Source: Amoebophrya sp. A120
Taxonomy: Eukaryota; Protista; Dinoflagellata
Length of the DNA stretch: 64,000 nt
Reading direction: 5' to 3'
Assembly (NCBI GenBank): GCA_905178155.1
Contig: CAJINV010000004.1
Span: 8,764,882 to 8,828,881 of the forward strand
Part shown: positions 1 through 12,600 of the stretch, piece by piece
Layout of the letters: each line of letters starts with the position of its first letter
Position numbering within the stretch: position 1 is the stretch's first letter
Program-made: the position numbers and the translations under genes
Notes under the pieces: model-generated
Databases searched by the model: none
What the model was told of the DNA's origin: nothing
The model's input: only the letters and a program-made list of their open reading frames with translations

Positions 1-56
1 CGGTTATGGAACCGAAAATTAATTATGGGTTTTGTTGTAGTGGTGCTACGCGCCGT

Positions 57-960
57 AAGTGCTTCGGGGCGAAAGATCCCCGCGCGCTAAGTACTTCGCT
101 CCTTAAGTGCCTCGCCCCTTAGGTGCTTCGCACTTAAAGTGCTTCGCCCATTAAGTGCCTCGCTCCTTAAGTGTTTCGCGCCTTAAGTGCTTCGCTCCTT
201 AAGTGCTTCAGTGTTTCGCGCCTTAAGTGCTTCGCGCCTTAAGTGCTTCGCGCCTTAAGTGCTTCGCTCCTTAAGTGCTTCGCCCCTTAAGTGCTTCGCC
301 CCTTAAGTGCTTCGCCCCTTAAGTGCTTCGCCCCTTAAGTGCTTCGGCGATGAAGACCCTCCCCCCTAAAGTAATTCGCTCCTGCTTAAGTCTTTCGCTT
401 AGGTGCTTACGTAGTGCTTCCTGCAAGTAGCGTTTCGCGTAGGTGGTTCCTCCCTCAAGTGGTGCGCCGCTTCTGTACTGCTTCGCTCAAGTAGTGCCCT
501 GTTTGAGTACTTGCTCGCCCAGCTGGTGCTCCGCTTGCGTACTGCTTCACTTGAGGGCTTCGCTTACGTGCTTCGCCTGGGTGCTTCGCTTAAGTGCTTC
601 GCCTGAGTAAGTGCTTCGCTTAAGTGCTTTGCTCAATCGCGCCCCTGAGAAGCGTCGCCCGACAAGTGGTTCGTCGCTTAAGTAGTGCGTCGCTTAAATA
701 GTGCGTCGCTTAAATAGTGCGTCGCTTAGCTGGTGCGTCGATCAAGTAGTGCCCCGCTTAATTAGCGCGTCGCTTAAGTAGTGCCCCTCTTAATTAGCGC
801 GTCGCTTAAGTAGTGCGTCGCTTAAGTAGTGCCCCGCTTAAGTAGTGCGTCGCTTAAGTAGTGCGTCGCTTAAGTAGTGCGTCGCTTAAGTAATGCGTCG
901 CTTAAGTAGTGCGAGTGCCACCTCGCCTCAGTAGTACTGCCTCGCCTAGCTGCGCGTCGC
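57..960. repeat. 16-bp minisatellite with two variants (ccttaagtgcttcgcc, then gcgtcgcttaagtagt)
   Basis: Tandem 16-nt period visible at 180-345 and 670-910. Both variants keep the palindrome CTTAAG. The middle part is degenerate. Confidence 0.9.
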
Positions 961-1099
961 AGATGTGGCGCCCCGCGTAAATGGTTCGCTTCAGTGCCTT
1001 TCTCAAGTGCTCTGTCTATGGCGTTCGAAATTCGGTGCTTCGCTTTTTTGCCGAAGACGACAACAACCTTAATTTTCCCTTCCACAACCGTCACCAACC

Positions 1100-4000
1100 T
1101 CGCGTCTCGTGGTCGCATCCAGCGGTTGAATAGCGACATCTCGCAGGAGAGGCAATCCGCAGAAGAAAGCGACCGGGAGTGCCGCGCGGAGCAGCAGAGC
1201 ATGCAGTCGGAGGTCATGGAAATGCAGAACAGCCTTGGCGAGATATCATTTCTAAAAACGTCCCCACTACATAGTTGTCATGCAAATCTGCATGCTCAAA
1301 ATGTTTCTCATGCGGAGCCCCATGACAAGCATTTTCTAGGCGCGTTTTGGAATTTGTAGTGCTCCAATCAGCATAATAGGCTAGATCTGTGATGCTGCTG
1401 AACAGGCTAAACAGGATTACACTACGAGGCCAAGCTTGTCATGCGCAACACCCAAAGCTGACAGATTTGTCTAGCAGATTTTCCATCTTGGCTATGGGGT
1501 AGGTACGTTTTTGCTCAGGATGCGAGATCATGATCCAGTTGGCCGACGAAGAGGCGAAGCAGGGAAAAGCCCAGGGCAACAAGATAAGTAAGTGGCTTAC
1601 CACAGTGAGGTTAAGGTGCGGGAGGACTGGCTACTTTGTGATCATGCACTTACTTTTACACTTCTACTTCCACCCTGAAGAACCTATTGGCTTTGAAGAG
1701 TTCTTTGTGTGATGTTGCTCGCTCTTGCACAGATAGATTCAAGCGTATAATATCTGTCCCCACCTAAATCCTTTTTCTTTCCACACGATACGATGACGCG
1801 CACCAGAACAACGCGGACCCGTCGAGTACGAGTGAAGCGTCCGAGAAATGCAACATCGCCGGCGTGCGGGAAAAGCTGCGGCTCGCGGAGAGGCAGTTGG
1901 ACGAGAATCGGAAAGAGGAGAAGCGGCTCGAGGCGGTTTGCAGTGCGGAAAAGCAACACGCCGACGATCAGACGGCGCTGCTGGAGAAGAGTTCCGGGTC
2001 TGCTGGTCTAATATCCTCCGGTGCACGACGTCGTCATTCAACACAGGATCGCTATTTCTCCAAACGTGTACGAGCGAAGACGAAATCAGGTGGAATGACC
2101 GAGATGACCGGTCGTGGAAGATTTCGCCGCCGTCAGCATCTCCTCGGGTTCTTGCGCAGGAAAGGGAGTTCGTTTCACTATGGACGACTGCACGGTCGCG
2201 CGAAAGGTTTCTCCGGAGCAGGAACCGGTGCGGAGCTGCAGGCGTCAGAGGAGCAGCAGCTGCACGGAAAAGAGCACCGTATTAATCATCATCGAGAACA
2301 GTCTGTGACGACTCTTCCTTCGCCGAGAAGGGCACGGCACGCAGAGAAGACGGTGGAAAATGTGGTCGTGCTTGGTGAAAACAATATGTACAACCCGAGT
2401 TTCGTCCCAACGATCACAGATACAACACCGAAAAGAAGTAGTAATAAAAGTCCTTTAACAAGAAGTGCGACAACCGCGACAAATGACCCCTGGTACCAGC
2501 GGCTACCCCACCTCGCCCAGGGCTTCACGAGGCTCCTGGAAACCTCCGGACTGTACTTTCTTCAAACCAACGGCGGAAGGAGCGAGAAAGAGCACCAAGG
2601 ACGGCGTCGCCTTCATACAATAGAGCGTCGCAACGAACATGAAGAAAAGATGAACCACGACCACACCACTAGTACCTGCAGTGACACCATCCTGCAGGAC
2701 CTCCGCGCAGCGATTTCGCAACTGGAAGCGGAAACGGAGGACCACCGGCAGGCCGTCGCGAAGGGGGAGGAGGAGTGCAAAACGGAGAAGTCGATTGAAA
2801 ATGACGAAGCAGACGAAAAGCGCGAACAGGTCAGCGCAAACGAGCAGCAAATCGCCACCGCGGAGACGAAGACGCAGCAGTTAGTGAATAAGAGAGACAC
2901 GATCCTCGACGATTTGAAGTCGACAGCGGAAGGGTTGAAGAATTCCCGGAAGACGTGCAAGAAAAAGGCGGAGGAATCTGCGGCATTAATCGAGAAGTTG
3001 ACCGAAGAGCGGAACCAATGTCTCCAAAACGCGGCGTTGACCGTCGCGGAGCAGAAACCGGTGCCGAAGGAGAAGTTAGTAATCCACGACTGCGAAGTTT
3101 CCGGTTGGTCGGACGCTTTGAAGGTCGAATTTTGCGAATGCACGGAGGCGGACTATCGAGTGAAAAAAACCAAACACTACCCGGCGAAGCGACAAATCAC
3201 CGTCCACCCAACGGCAACCTACGGCGTTGCCTGCCCGGTCTTAACCGAGAACCGGGACTGCGGCAACGGGCCCTGTTTAAGACCGGTGGACTGCAAGTTG
3301 TCCGATTGGACGCCGTGGGACAGCTGCTCCGTAGATTGCGGGGGCGGGGTCAAATCCCGGTCCCGGGAAGTCGTCCGCGAGCCGGAGCACGGCGGTGCGG
3401 ATTGCGTCGGGGTCTTATCCGAACAAGACCAGTGCAACTTGCAAGCGTGCGAACCGGCGACGGTCGATAGTGCAGCAGCTTCACCCGATTCTTCTACTTC
3501 CGAGCCGGACGCGGCCGCGCCGGCGGAGCCAGAGCCTGTGGCGGTGGTCGAGCCCCCGCAGACCCCGCCTACTTCCCCCAGTTCGTCCAAGAGCGCTGCA
3601 ACACCAGCACCAGCAGGCGGGAAGGCTGGTAACGCCGCTGCTCGGAGCAGAACCGCTGGTGGAGGAGGTGGTCGTGGGGGTCGGGCCGGCGGCGGCGGTC
3701 GCGGCAGAGGAGGCGGTGGAGGTTCCGCGGGCGGCGCGATTCCCTGTCCGCTGTCCACCTGGTCGAAGTATTCCACCTGCTCGCAGTCTATCAAATGCAA
3801 AAGTGTCTGGGTCTGGAAGAGTGCGCGACTTGTCATGCAGATTTTCCATGATCCATGTCAGCTGGAATGCAGGACCTAGCATGACAGATTCTGTGGGATG
3901 ATCCCTATCGTGCCTACCCTGCATGAGAAACTTCCTCTCAACTTCGTCAAAAATGGACAACTTTTGGCATTTATGCAACGCAGATTTTTGCATGATCCAG

Positions 4001-6204
4001 AATTAGCATTAGAAGTTGCAACCTTCCAGACCCAGGCACATTTGCCTTTGATACAATCCTGCATGGTCCAAAACAGCAAAGTGAAGCCGTATCAAGAGTC
4101 GAGGAAGACCTGGATTGGGTTTAAAACCCTCTTGGAACAAGCACGCGAAACTACAGCTACCTATGCCCCGTTCTCCGGCGTTTTGACGCCCGAAGCAGCG
4201 ACAAAGCTGCCGTCCTTCTGCAAAGCGGTCGATTGGAACGGAAAGCAAGCCGTGGAGTTAAAGGACTGTAACGAGGACAACCTCTGCCCGAAAGACGTTG
4301 CCTGTGCCGCGAGCGTTGCCGAGAATGCGGGCGACGTGCTGCTCATTCTGGATGGGACGGGAAAGGGGGAAAGCGAAATCGCGGCGCAGCGGAAAATCGC
4401 GAAACTTTTCGTCCAAAAACTGTTGAATAAAAGGAATCCAACTGTGAAAACGAATCTCTTGCAGCTGGATGACGCGGACTTTGCCTCTAGTGAAATTGCC
4501 GAACAAACACCGACTCCTTCTGAGGACGACTACAACCTAGAAAAGCAGGTTCGGGTCGGCGTGTTGCAGTTCACGAAGGCCGGAACTAGCGTTTTAAACG
4601 GGCCAGAAGCGGTAGTGACCAGTGATGCGGAAAACATTTCATCGGCTTTCGACACTAGTAATACAACAGGTGGCGGTGCCAACTGGACCTTCTACGGCAT
4701 ATCAAATGCAAAAATGTCTGGGTCTGGAAGATTCTGAGATTTGTCATGCATGTTTTGCATGACCCAGGATGTCTGTAATGCACGACCTAGCATCTCATAT
4801 TTTTAGAGGGCTTCCTGATGCCTACTCCGCATGACAAACGCCCTCCCCGCGTAGCACCAACTAGACTCCTCTTGCTGGTCATACAATACAGATTTTTTTA
4901 GAGTCCAAAGTTAGCATCACAAGTTCCACTCTTCCAGAGCCAGACACTTTTGCATTTGATACGGCACTGCGCCTAACCAGAAGGACGCGCCGGGGAGTTT
5001 CGCAGTGACGCTGGCGGAGGAAGTGCTGACGCATTTCTACGCTGTGGGATTCGCGAATGCTACGAAAGACGTGGGCGACACGGAGAAAGAAAAGGCGGCG
5101 GAATTACCGTATTATTTTAATCTAGAGTTCAGTTTCCTATTGCAGTATGCGGTTGGTCACAGGTAAAAATGAGATTGTATGTGCATGTTTATATGCTGTC
5201 CACTGCAAATGAACTACCTTTGATAAAATCACAGCGCAATGCAAGCTGTCCCGAAGCTGGTAGAGAACGCGACAAAATCCGTTCGTGCGGTGGAAACCGC
5301 CCGACGGAATTTGGATAACTCCAACTCGGGTCAGGAATCTTTTGCGAAGCTCTTTTCCGCAGAATACGGCGGGTCCGCGATCAGCACAGCTTCGCTCTTC
5401 TTGCAGGAGAAGACCGTGAACAACCGGCGGCGACATCGACTGTTGTATTTGCTGAAGAATAAGCTTCGGTTGCGGCAATCGCACAAGAGCAGGAGGAACA
5501 AGTTAAATACAGTGCGCAGAACAAATAAGCAAGAGATGAAGTGGTGGTCCAAGCAGAAGCACAAGACCCTCAGCATGATGGTCAGCAAAATGAAAAACGC
5601 AACTAGCAACACGACCGAAGTCGTAGGAGCGAACCAAACGCAGAAAATCAAGCCGTCTGCAGCTCCTGCAATAGAACCTCCGAAGGTCCGCCGCAAAACG
5701 ATCATTCTCTTCCTTTCCGAGCAGCCGAGCGGTGTTGCGAAGCTGACAAAGTCTCTGCAACAGCTGAAGCAAAAGGGCTTCCGGGTTTTGATCCTGCACA
5801 AGAAGCACGAGCGCCCAACGGCTCCCTTCGAAGCGGATCGGGAGGACGCCAATTTAGGGACGACGGTGGACGGGCTGCACACGTCAGAATTTGCGCATTT
5901 TGATGCCGGGGATGCGGGGATGCTGAACAACGTAGATGACGATTACAACGCCGGATTACTGCCGTACCTGTTTCTGCAGCAAGGTACGACGAGTGCAACA
6001 TCATCAAAAGCGACCGCTACTTCCGCGTCGGCAGATTTAATATTTTCCAGAAGAACATCCGCGGCCTCTTCAGGTTTCCTGTGCAAGTCCGCGTCTTTTC
6101 CTTGTGCCAGTAACACGGCTCAGGTCAAGAGTTGGGAGGACGCGTTACTGAAGCCACAAGTCGTCCAGCAGCTAGTCGCGGGAGCGTGTCCGATTTTGGT
6201 GTGA
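1100..6204 (+). CDS. Multi-exon coiled-coil + thrombospondin type-1 repeats + degenerate vWA domain protein (adhesin-like); 5' end uncertain
   Basis: TSP1 motifs DCKLSDWTPWDSCSVDCGGGVKSRSR and CPLSTWSKYSTCSQSC (the latter completed by splicing 3789-4058). vWA-like strands DVLLILDGTG, VRVGVLQF and KTIILFLSE. Exons are joined across TIR elements at 1244, 3789 and 4700 and a GT-AG intron at 5109-5234. The junction at ~1588-1790 is not resolved. Confidence 0.75.
1244..1522. mobile_element. Introner family B (TIR element acting as non-canonical intron)
   Basis: Flanked by direct repeat cgaga. Homologous along its length to 20609-20888. Removing element+5 nt gives LGE-IMIQLADEE in frame. Confidence 0.88.
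3789..4053. mobile_element. Introner family A
   Basis: ~31-bp TIR tatcaaatgcaaaagtgtctgggtctggaag / cttccagacccaggcacatttgcctttgata; direct repeat cagtc/caatc. Removal restores TSP1 motif STCSQSC. Confidence 0.92.
4700..4961. mobile_element. Introner family A
   Basis: Same TIR; perfect direct repeat cggca. Removal gives FYG-TAPNQKD in an open frame. Confidence 0.93.
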
Positions 6205-6742
6205 TAAAATGGCCTCGTCTGCATGAACTTGGAGGTTTGTTGTTTTTTCCCAAGATAAGGTCCTTTTCTTTTCCATAGAATCCACTTACTACAGGAAGTA
6301 TGCGTTCTCACCCAACGCAGACGCCGTTTTCTTTCTCGTCGGGTTTATTCGTGTTTTTACTTTTCAAAAAATCTACTTCTGCTTCTTCGTTTCAGCATCG
6401 CATGAGAGAAAGTGAAGTCAAAAACATCACGTTTTCGCGTAGAGTTATGTGGAACAAAACAAAGTGGGCCGGAGCGATTCAAATAGGAAAACGTTTTTCG
6501 GAGGGGCGCAAGTGAGGTCCATTTTTCTGCTTTCGACTGCTCATCTGCGTCAATGTTTTTACTTACAACAAAGCAAAAGATTTTTACTATTGCTCATACT
6601 TGCTTCTCGGTGCGGCAGTACTAGACACGCTTTATTTGGCCGATTCTCTTTTCTGAACCCAAGCTAACCATGTGACTGCTGGTGCTTTGGGTGAAGATTG
6701 GCCGCTTTACCAAGACCGGAAGTACAATCACCCACGCTCAAC

Positions 6743-9700
6743 ATGCCTCCAAAAGAGGGCGACCGGATCCTGCCCATGAAGGGGCAGGACCGGCTGCGGG
6801 TCCGGTTCGGGAACAGCGCCCCGCGGAAGGTGATCTTCCCGCCGACCGCCCCGAAAATGGCCTTGCTGCACGAATCCCCCGCGGAGTTGTCGCTGAAGCA
6901 CGTGCACGGGTTTTCGGGGACGAATAACGGCCTGCATTTTGTCGGGGAAAAGGAATTGGTCTACCCGTGCAGCGGGGTCGTGGTCCTGGACGAGGTGACC
7001 GGTTTGCCACTTTGCAGTCACACGCACGAAGACCAGAAGCAGAACGCCGGGAACAAGTTGGGCTTTGTGCAGAATTCCGGCCGAGACAACAGCAACGTGG
7101 ATCCGCGGGTAGTTTTAGCCGCTGGTACTTTCCCATCTTCTTCACAAGCCTCCCCTACTAAAGCCGCCAAACCGCACCCGTCGGAACAGCGGGTTTTCTT
7201 CGGGCACAGCACGGAAGTCACCTGCGTGGACTACAACCACACGAAGCGCGTCATCGCCTCCGGGCAGCGCGACCCGAAGGGGCCCGGGAAACCCTTTGTC
7301 TGCGTGTGGCGGGCGGCCGACATGATGCTGATCTCCGTGTTGGTGTATCACGAAGCGCAGATTACCTGCGTCGGGATCGCGCCCAAGGGCGACTTTCTCT
7401 TTACCATGGGCCGCGACGACGCGAACACGGTTGCCGTCTGGGCCGCGGGGCAGTTCTTGCCCGAGGGGAGCGAGCGGGCGAGGGGGTTCGACGCGCAACG
7501 AGAAGCCGTGGTGCATCGCGCGCCCGTCAAAATCGCGGCCAGCGGGAAAGTGCCATCGTAAGTACTTAATATTTTTCTTGGTTATAATGTAATATCAAGT
7601 CAAGTAACATAAGAAACTGGTTCTGTCCATGCAAGATTGCTTCCCAAAAATATTTATCAAAAATCTACTCAACATCCCTAGGTTCTGCTGCACGGTTTCT
7701 TTTCTTGCCGCCCCCTTCATGTTTGCCACCTTTGACACCGGCGGGTTCGGCCGGGGGATCCTGAAAGTCTGGCGGTTCCGCCCGCGGTTGCACACGCGGC
7801 ACGGGGACCAAGACCCGACATTGAACGGAAAGGACTGCGTCATCGCTGGTTCGGTGCGGGCGATTACCGCTGCGGCGTTCACCCTGGAGCAGAACCTCCT
7901 TCTTGCCTGCGGCGACAACGGCATTCTCTACGTCTACGAGGGAACGAGCATAAAACGCACCATTTCTATCGTGTCCAACTGCGCCTTGACCGCGGTGCTC
8001 GATCTCTGCATGCCGGAGCTCGGGTTTCTGGCCGCCTCTGCGGACGGGTGTTTGCACCTGATCGAGGCATATCCAGTGCAAATTATATGTCTGGGTCTGG
8101 AAACTTGTGATGCAAGTCCGTGAACAATAACAGTGCTCTGTAATGCGCCGCGAAGCATGACAATTTTTGTTCGTGCTTCTGTGCTGCGTATTTCGCATGA
8201 GAAACTGCGCTTTTGCATGACAGGCAAGCGGACGTCTTGGTGGCCGCGCAATACAGAGTGCAGAATCATGCCAGACTGGCATGACAAATCTCGCGATCTT
8301 TCAGAGCCAGACATACTTGCAATGCATAAGGCACGCGCGGTGACAGAGATGGACTCGGAGGACGTGGTAGAGACGCTTCCGGTAAACAGACTAGCCGGCC
8401 CGGACCATAACCCGAACTTGGTGAGGTTACTGTGTTCCACCTCGGTCCCCGTCGCCAGGTGCTTTTCCATCGCGAAAGCGAACCCCAAGCACCACCACCA
8501 CCACCATCACGGAGATCATTCAGGCGGTGGGAACAAGGACGGGAAAGTGTTGTCGGCCGGGGAACAAGCTGCAGCTGCTGCTGCCGGCAAATCCAAAAAA
8601 GGTCTGTCCACCGCCGCGTCACAGCGGTCCGCGACGGCCTCCCGGATCGCTAGCTACGTGTCGCAAATGTCCGGAGGCGGTTCGAAAACCGCCAGCGGGG
8701 AAGAAACCGGCTCGAAGTCGGGTGCTGAATCCGCGTTGAAGTCGAAATCTCGGGCCTCCAACGGGCAAAGTCGCGCGTCCGGATCGAAATCGTCCACCAA
8801 GAAAGACGGGGACGAGGAGGAAAACAAGTCGAAGAAGGGCAGTCAGAAGACCGTGGACAGCAGCCAGGCCGACAAGATCGAGTCCATGGTCGCGCAACTC
8901 CAGGGACAAATGATCGGGCACCGGGTGGCGATCGGGTGTCAGGACAGCACGGTTTTTGTGGTCGACCTGCTCCAGAAGAAGGTCCTGGAAGTGGTCCAAT
9001 CCGGCCACAAGTCCGCGGTCGCGGCGATGGCCCGACAGGGAAACTTGGTTGCGACCGGGAGCAGTGGCGGGGATTTGCGGTTTTGGAATCTGAAGGAACC
9101 GAGGGCGCCGCTGATCGGGCGGGTGATCCACTTTTCCGCGGTGGAGCGGGATGACGGAAATAAAATCAAGCCGAAAACGAAGGAAGAGGTACAGCCTTAC
9201 GCTACCTTCCAAGGCATGTACGCAGATAACAAGAAAAAATTTAACCCGCAGAGCAGAGTTGGCGGTTCTTTTGGGCAACAGCCGCAACAGCTGCAGCCAG
9301 ACCCGCGCGTGACGAGGGGAGACCCGTTGAGCCACAACTACTTTGTAGTGGACGTCGATGCAGCAAACGGGGCGGGGATGGCTGACGCGAGAAAGTTGTT
9401 CGCTTCGACGGTCGGAAAGCAGGTTAATTTGGTGTACCCGGAAATAAACAGGCCAGGCGATAATTTCGCCGGTCCGTCCTATTCCGACCAGGAGATTTTG
9501 AATTACAACAATTACGGGGGGCAGCGAGGAAGCAACAAAGCTGCACAACAAGGCAACGGCCAGAACCTTTCCCAGCTTCTCCAGTCGAACAGCAACCTGT
9601 CCGATCGGTTGAGCCGCGAAAAAAACCAGTTCACAGAAGAAGCGGACCCAACGCTCGCGAACAAGCGGCTAATGCAACCCGCCGGGATCGCGAGCTTGGT

Positions 9701-12600
9701 ATGCTCTGCAAAAGTATCGTACTCGTATGAATTGCAGTCATGCATGACAAATGTGACTGTCTACCTTATCCAGCATGACAAATTGCATTTTTCATCTTGG
9801 AAAAATTTGTAATGCAATCTATACTAGTACGATGCTTTTACTATGCATACTTGGCCTTCGCGGACAACTATCTCGCCATCGGGTTTGAGGACGGGTTTCT
9901 GCGGATTCTAGACTTCCCCGGGCTACAGCCGGTGGACATGCGACCCCTGGCGGAAGAGCGGATCTCCTGCTTGCAGTTCTCGCCCGATCAGAGGCTGCTC
10001 GTCGCCGGTTCGTTTGACCAGATGGTCTACGTGCTGGAAGTAGTGGACAATAATTTTATTCAGGATGTTGCTGACGCAGAGAATCTGTCCTTGTCAGTCG
10101 TCCCTACACCGTCGAGGAGTAGTTTTTCGAAAAGGAACAACAACAGAGCTGCAAACCAGACGAGAATCCGTGTGCTCGCCGCTCTCTCCGGGAACACGTC
10201 GTCTGTCTTGAAGGTGGGAATTTCACTGGACAATTCCATCCTCATGTCCAACGGCGCCGACGGCTCTCTCCTCTACTACGACTTGCGAACGTTTGAGCGC
10301 TACGGAAAGATGCGGGACTTTCGGGATGTGCAGTTTAACGTGGCGATGGCGCAATCCTGGGCGACGCAGGGGATCTGGGCCAGTCAGCACCACTGGAACT
10401 CGCTCTCGCTGAATTGCGTGGATAGCTGTATAGAGAATTATTTTCATTCGTAAAGATAAAGAATAACGTAGACGTACTTGATGGCGCTTGTCGTGTTGGT
10501 AAAACTTACGCATCATGAGAGACTGTGATTTTGTTTTTGCGTCCTTCTTCGCATGACAAATTGGAAAAAATCAATCTTCTATCAGTTTCCGATCTCTGCG
10601 TCACCGGTGACGACGACGACATGGTGAAACTTTTTCCCTACCCTGCCACCTTCGAAAACACGACCGCGAAAGATTTTTCGGGCCACGCGGGGCAGGTTCT
10701 GCAGGCCTTGATTTGGCAAGACGAGGATGACAGAGCGGCGATGAACAAAGGTGGCATAGTTTCAGCGGATGTAGTAGTTAACGGTATCAACGGAATAAAT
10801 GGCCCGAACTCCGCGCACGAAGATAAGGAGCAGATCCGGTCGAGGGGAAACCCGGACAAAATCGGCGCGGTCGACCGTACCCGGAAGCCCGGCCAGCCGA
10901 TCACCACGAGTACTATCGCCGGGAAGTCTTCGTCGTCGCAAAAAAATATCAAATGCAAAAATGTCTGGGTCTGGAAGATTGCTATGTTTGTCATGCACAT
11001 TTTGCATGAGTCGTGATGCCTGTGATGTATGCCCCAGCATCACAAAATTTTGCGGGCATCTTGATGCCTATCCCGCATGAGAAATCCTCTCTCCGCGGAG
11101 CAAAAACTGGACGCCTCTTGCTGCTCATGCAATACAGGTTTTTTTGGATTCCAAAAATAGCATCACAAGTTGCATTCTTCCAGACCCAGACATTTTTGCA
11201 ATACATAAAAAACAAGGCCAGGCAACTCGCCGCCGCGAAGCAGGAGCAACAGGTGCAGGGTGTGACTGGCGCGTCCATGAACGCGACCAAACAGGACCCG
11301 AGGATCCGGGTTCTTACTGCGGACAGCAACGGCGCGATCTTCGAGTGGGAAGTGTTCACCGCGCCCATGCTGCGGGACAAGCACGTCGTGCACCACATTC
11401 AGAACAACGACCGACAGAAGTACCCGTGGGTGGATAAAGCGTGGGTGAAAGCGGAGATTCTGCGGAGGAGAAAGGAGTTGGAATCCATGCAGAGCAACCG
11501 GTATCACATTGATGCAAAACAAGGATCGTGCTCGTAGCAAAAATTGCCGTGTAATGCATGATAAATCTAAACTTTGACTTTCTAGCTGATCTAGCATGAC
11601 AGTCTCCATTCTTTTTCTTCGGATATAAGTTTGTGAAATGCAATTTGTACTACTTTCTTACTTGCGCGATACATAGGGCTTTTTGCAATGCATAGCTGGC
11701 TAGTCACCGTCACCAGGGAAGAGTTGCGGAATATCGAAAGGAAAGATCCCCCCTCCCCATATCAAAACGGAATTTCTGATGCTGGATTTGTGTACACATA
11801 TCAGGTCTGTATTGCAGAGAGGCACTGCGGCCAGATCCCCAGGCTAGGTAGGGGCGTATGGGTCTTGTTGTTCAGCATGGCAAGCGGGTCACTGTTAGGG
11901 CCAACAGCATGGCAAATCGCTTCCATAGTGGGGCCGAAGCTTCTGCCCTTGTCTTCTTGCTAGACAGATGTGATTTGTGGCCTCAAATCCGCAACACAAA
12001 TTTTTGGAAACATGCCTTTTCGATATGGGGAGGGGGAATTTTTACTTTTGATACGGAAAAAGTGGAATGGGTTCGACACGAAGCGGTACCCCCTGTACGA
12101 GCCCCCGTGGGCGTATGGCGTTCTCAAACATTACATTCTCAACTGTTACATGAATTTGTCATGCAAAAATACCATCATTATCCACACGATAAAGCTGCTT
12201 TGCATGACAAATATGCGAAGGGCTAGACAGCGCCGAAATCTGTGCGGAATTTTTAATGCTACAGGTGCAACCTCCCCCCTTTGACTTTTGCCATTCTTGC
12301 ATTACAAATTCATGGAACGGTTGAGAGTGTAACGTTTGATAACGCCATAGAGCGCGGTGGCAGGATTTCCAACCCAACAACGAGCAGCGAAACATGATTC
12401 GACTACCACCACAGCCAGGGTCACCGTCGATGACTTTGACCCGCTTGGAGAAAAAGATCGCGAAACTCCCGTCGGAGCAGCCGCACGCCGGCCCGGCCCG
12501 ACCGCCGTGGGCGATATTGCAGGACCCGGCACCGAAGGAGCGCTTCGCGGACGCGGGGTGGAAAACGGCAAATCCCTGGGACTGGCATGGGGAAAAGTGA
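6743..12600 (+). CDS. Echinoderm microtubule-associated protein-like (EML; HELP motif + WD40 repeats), multi-exon
   Basis: HELP-like ELSLKHVHGFSG..NGLHFV..ELVYPCSGVVV; QRVFFGHSTEVTCV..VIASGQ; C-terminal VTGDDDDMVKLFPYPA..FSGHAGQV, typical of EML proteins. GT-AG introns at 7558-7681 and 10428-10585. TIR introns at 8070, 9700, 10947, 11502, 11760 and 12114. The last exons are less certain. Confidence 0.85.
8070..8328. mobile_element. Introner family A, subfamily 2
   Basis: TIR with gtctgggtctggaa core; perfect direct repeat aggca. Removal gives LIEA-RAVTE. The internal sequence is the reverse complement of 19460-19712. Confidence 0.92.
9700..9849. mobile_element. Introner family C (150 bp)
   Basis: ~40-bp imperfect TIR tatgctctgcaaaagtatcgtactcgtat...; perfect direct repeat cttgg. 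Removal restores WD40 segment IASL-AFADNYLAIGFEDG. Confidence 0.9.
10947..11207. mobile_element. Introner family A
   Basis: TIR as at 4700; direct repeat aaaaa. Removing 266 nt joins two different frames into SQKNKARQL. Confidence 0.92.
11502..11694. mobile_element. Degenerate introner
   Basis: tatc...cata ends, weak TIR, direct repeat accgg/gctgg. Removal gives QSNR-LVTVTREEL in frame. Confidence 0.65.
11760..12012. mobile_element. Degenerate introner, right boundary uncertain
   Basis: Starts tatcaaaacgg. Subterminal inverted repeat ggatttgtgtacacatatcaggtctgt / acagatgtgatttgtggcctcaaatcc. Flanking exons are in the same frame (DPPSP..FRYGEG). Confidence 0.5.
12114..12349. mobile_element. 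Introner family D
   Basis: ~53-bp TIR tatggcgttctcaaacattacattctcaac... with few mismatches; direct repeat gggcg/gagcg. Removal gives EPPWA-RWQDFQP open to the stop at 12600. Confidence 0.9.

Noticed and set aside
1588-1790. Additional introner in the adhesin gene
   Set aside because: A GTAAGT donor is present, but no TIR, direct repeat or in-phase AG could be identified; left unresolved.
3789-4961. Tc1/mariner-type TA target duplication for the TIR elements
   Set aside because: TA is part of the inverted repeat. A separate variable 5-bp duplication lies outside it, and the frame is restored only by removing element+5 nt.
2613-9551. Long minus-strand ORFs (e.g. 3219-3836, 5331-5930, 8619-9551)
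   Set aside because: Antisense shadows of GC-rich + strand exons with no recognisable domains.
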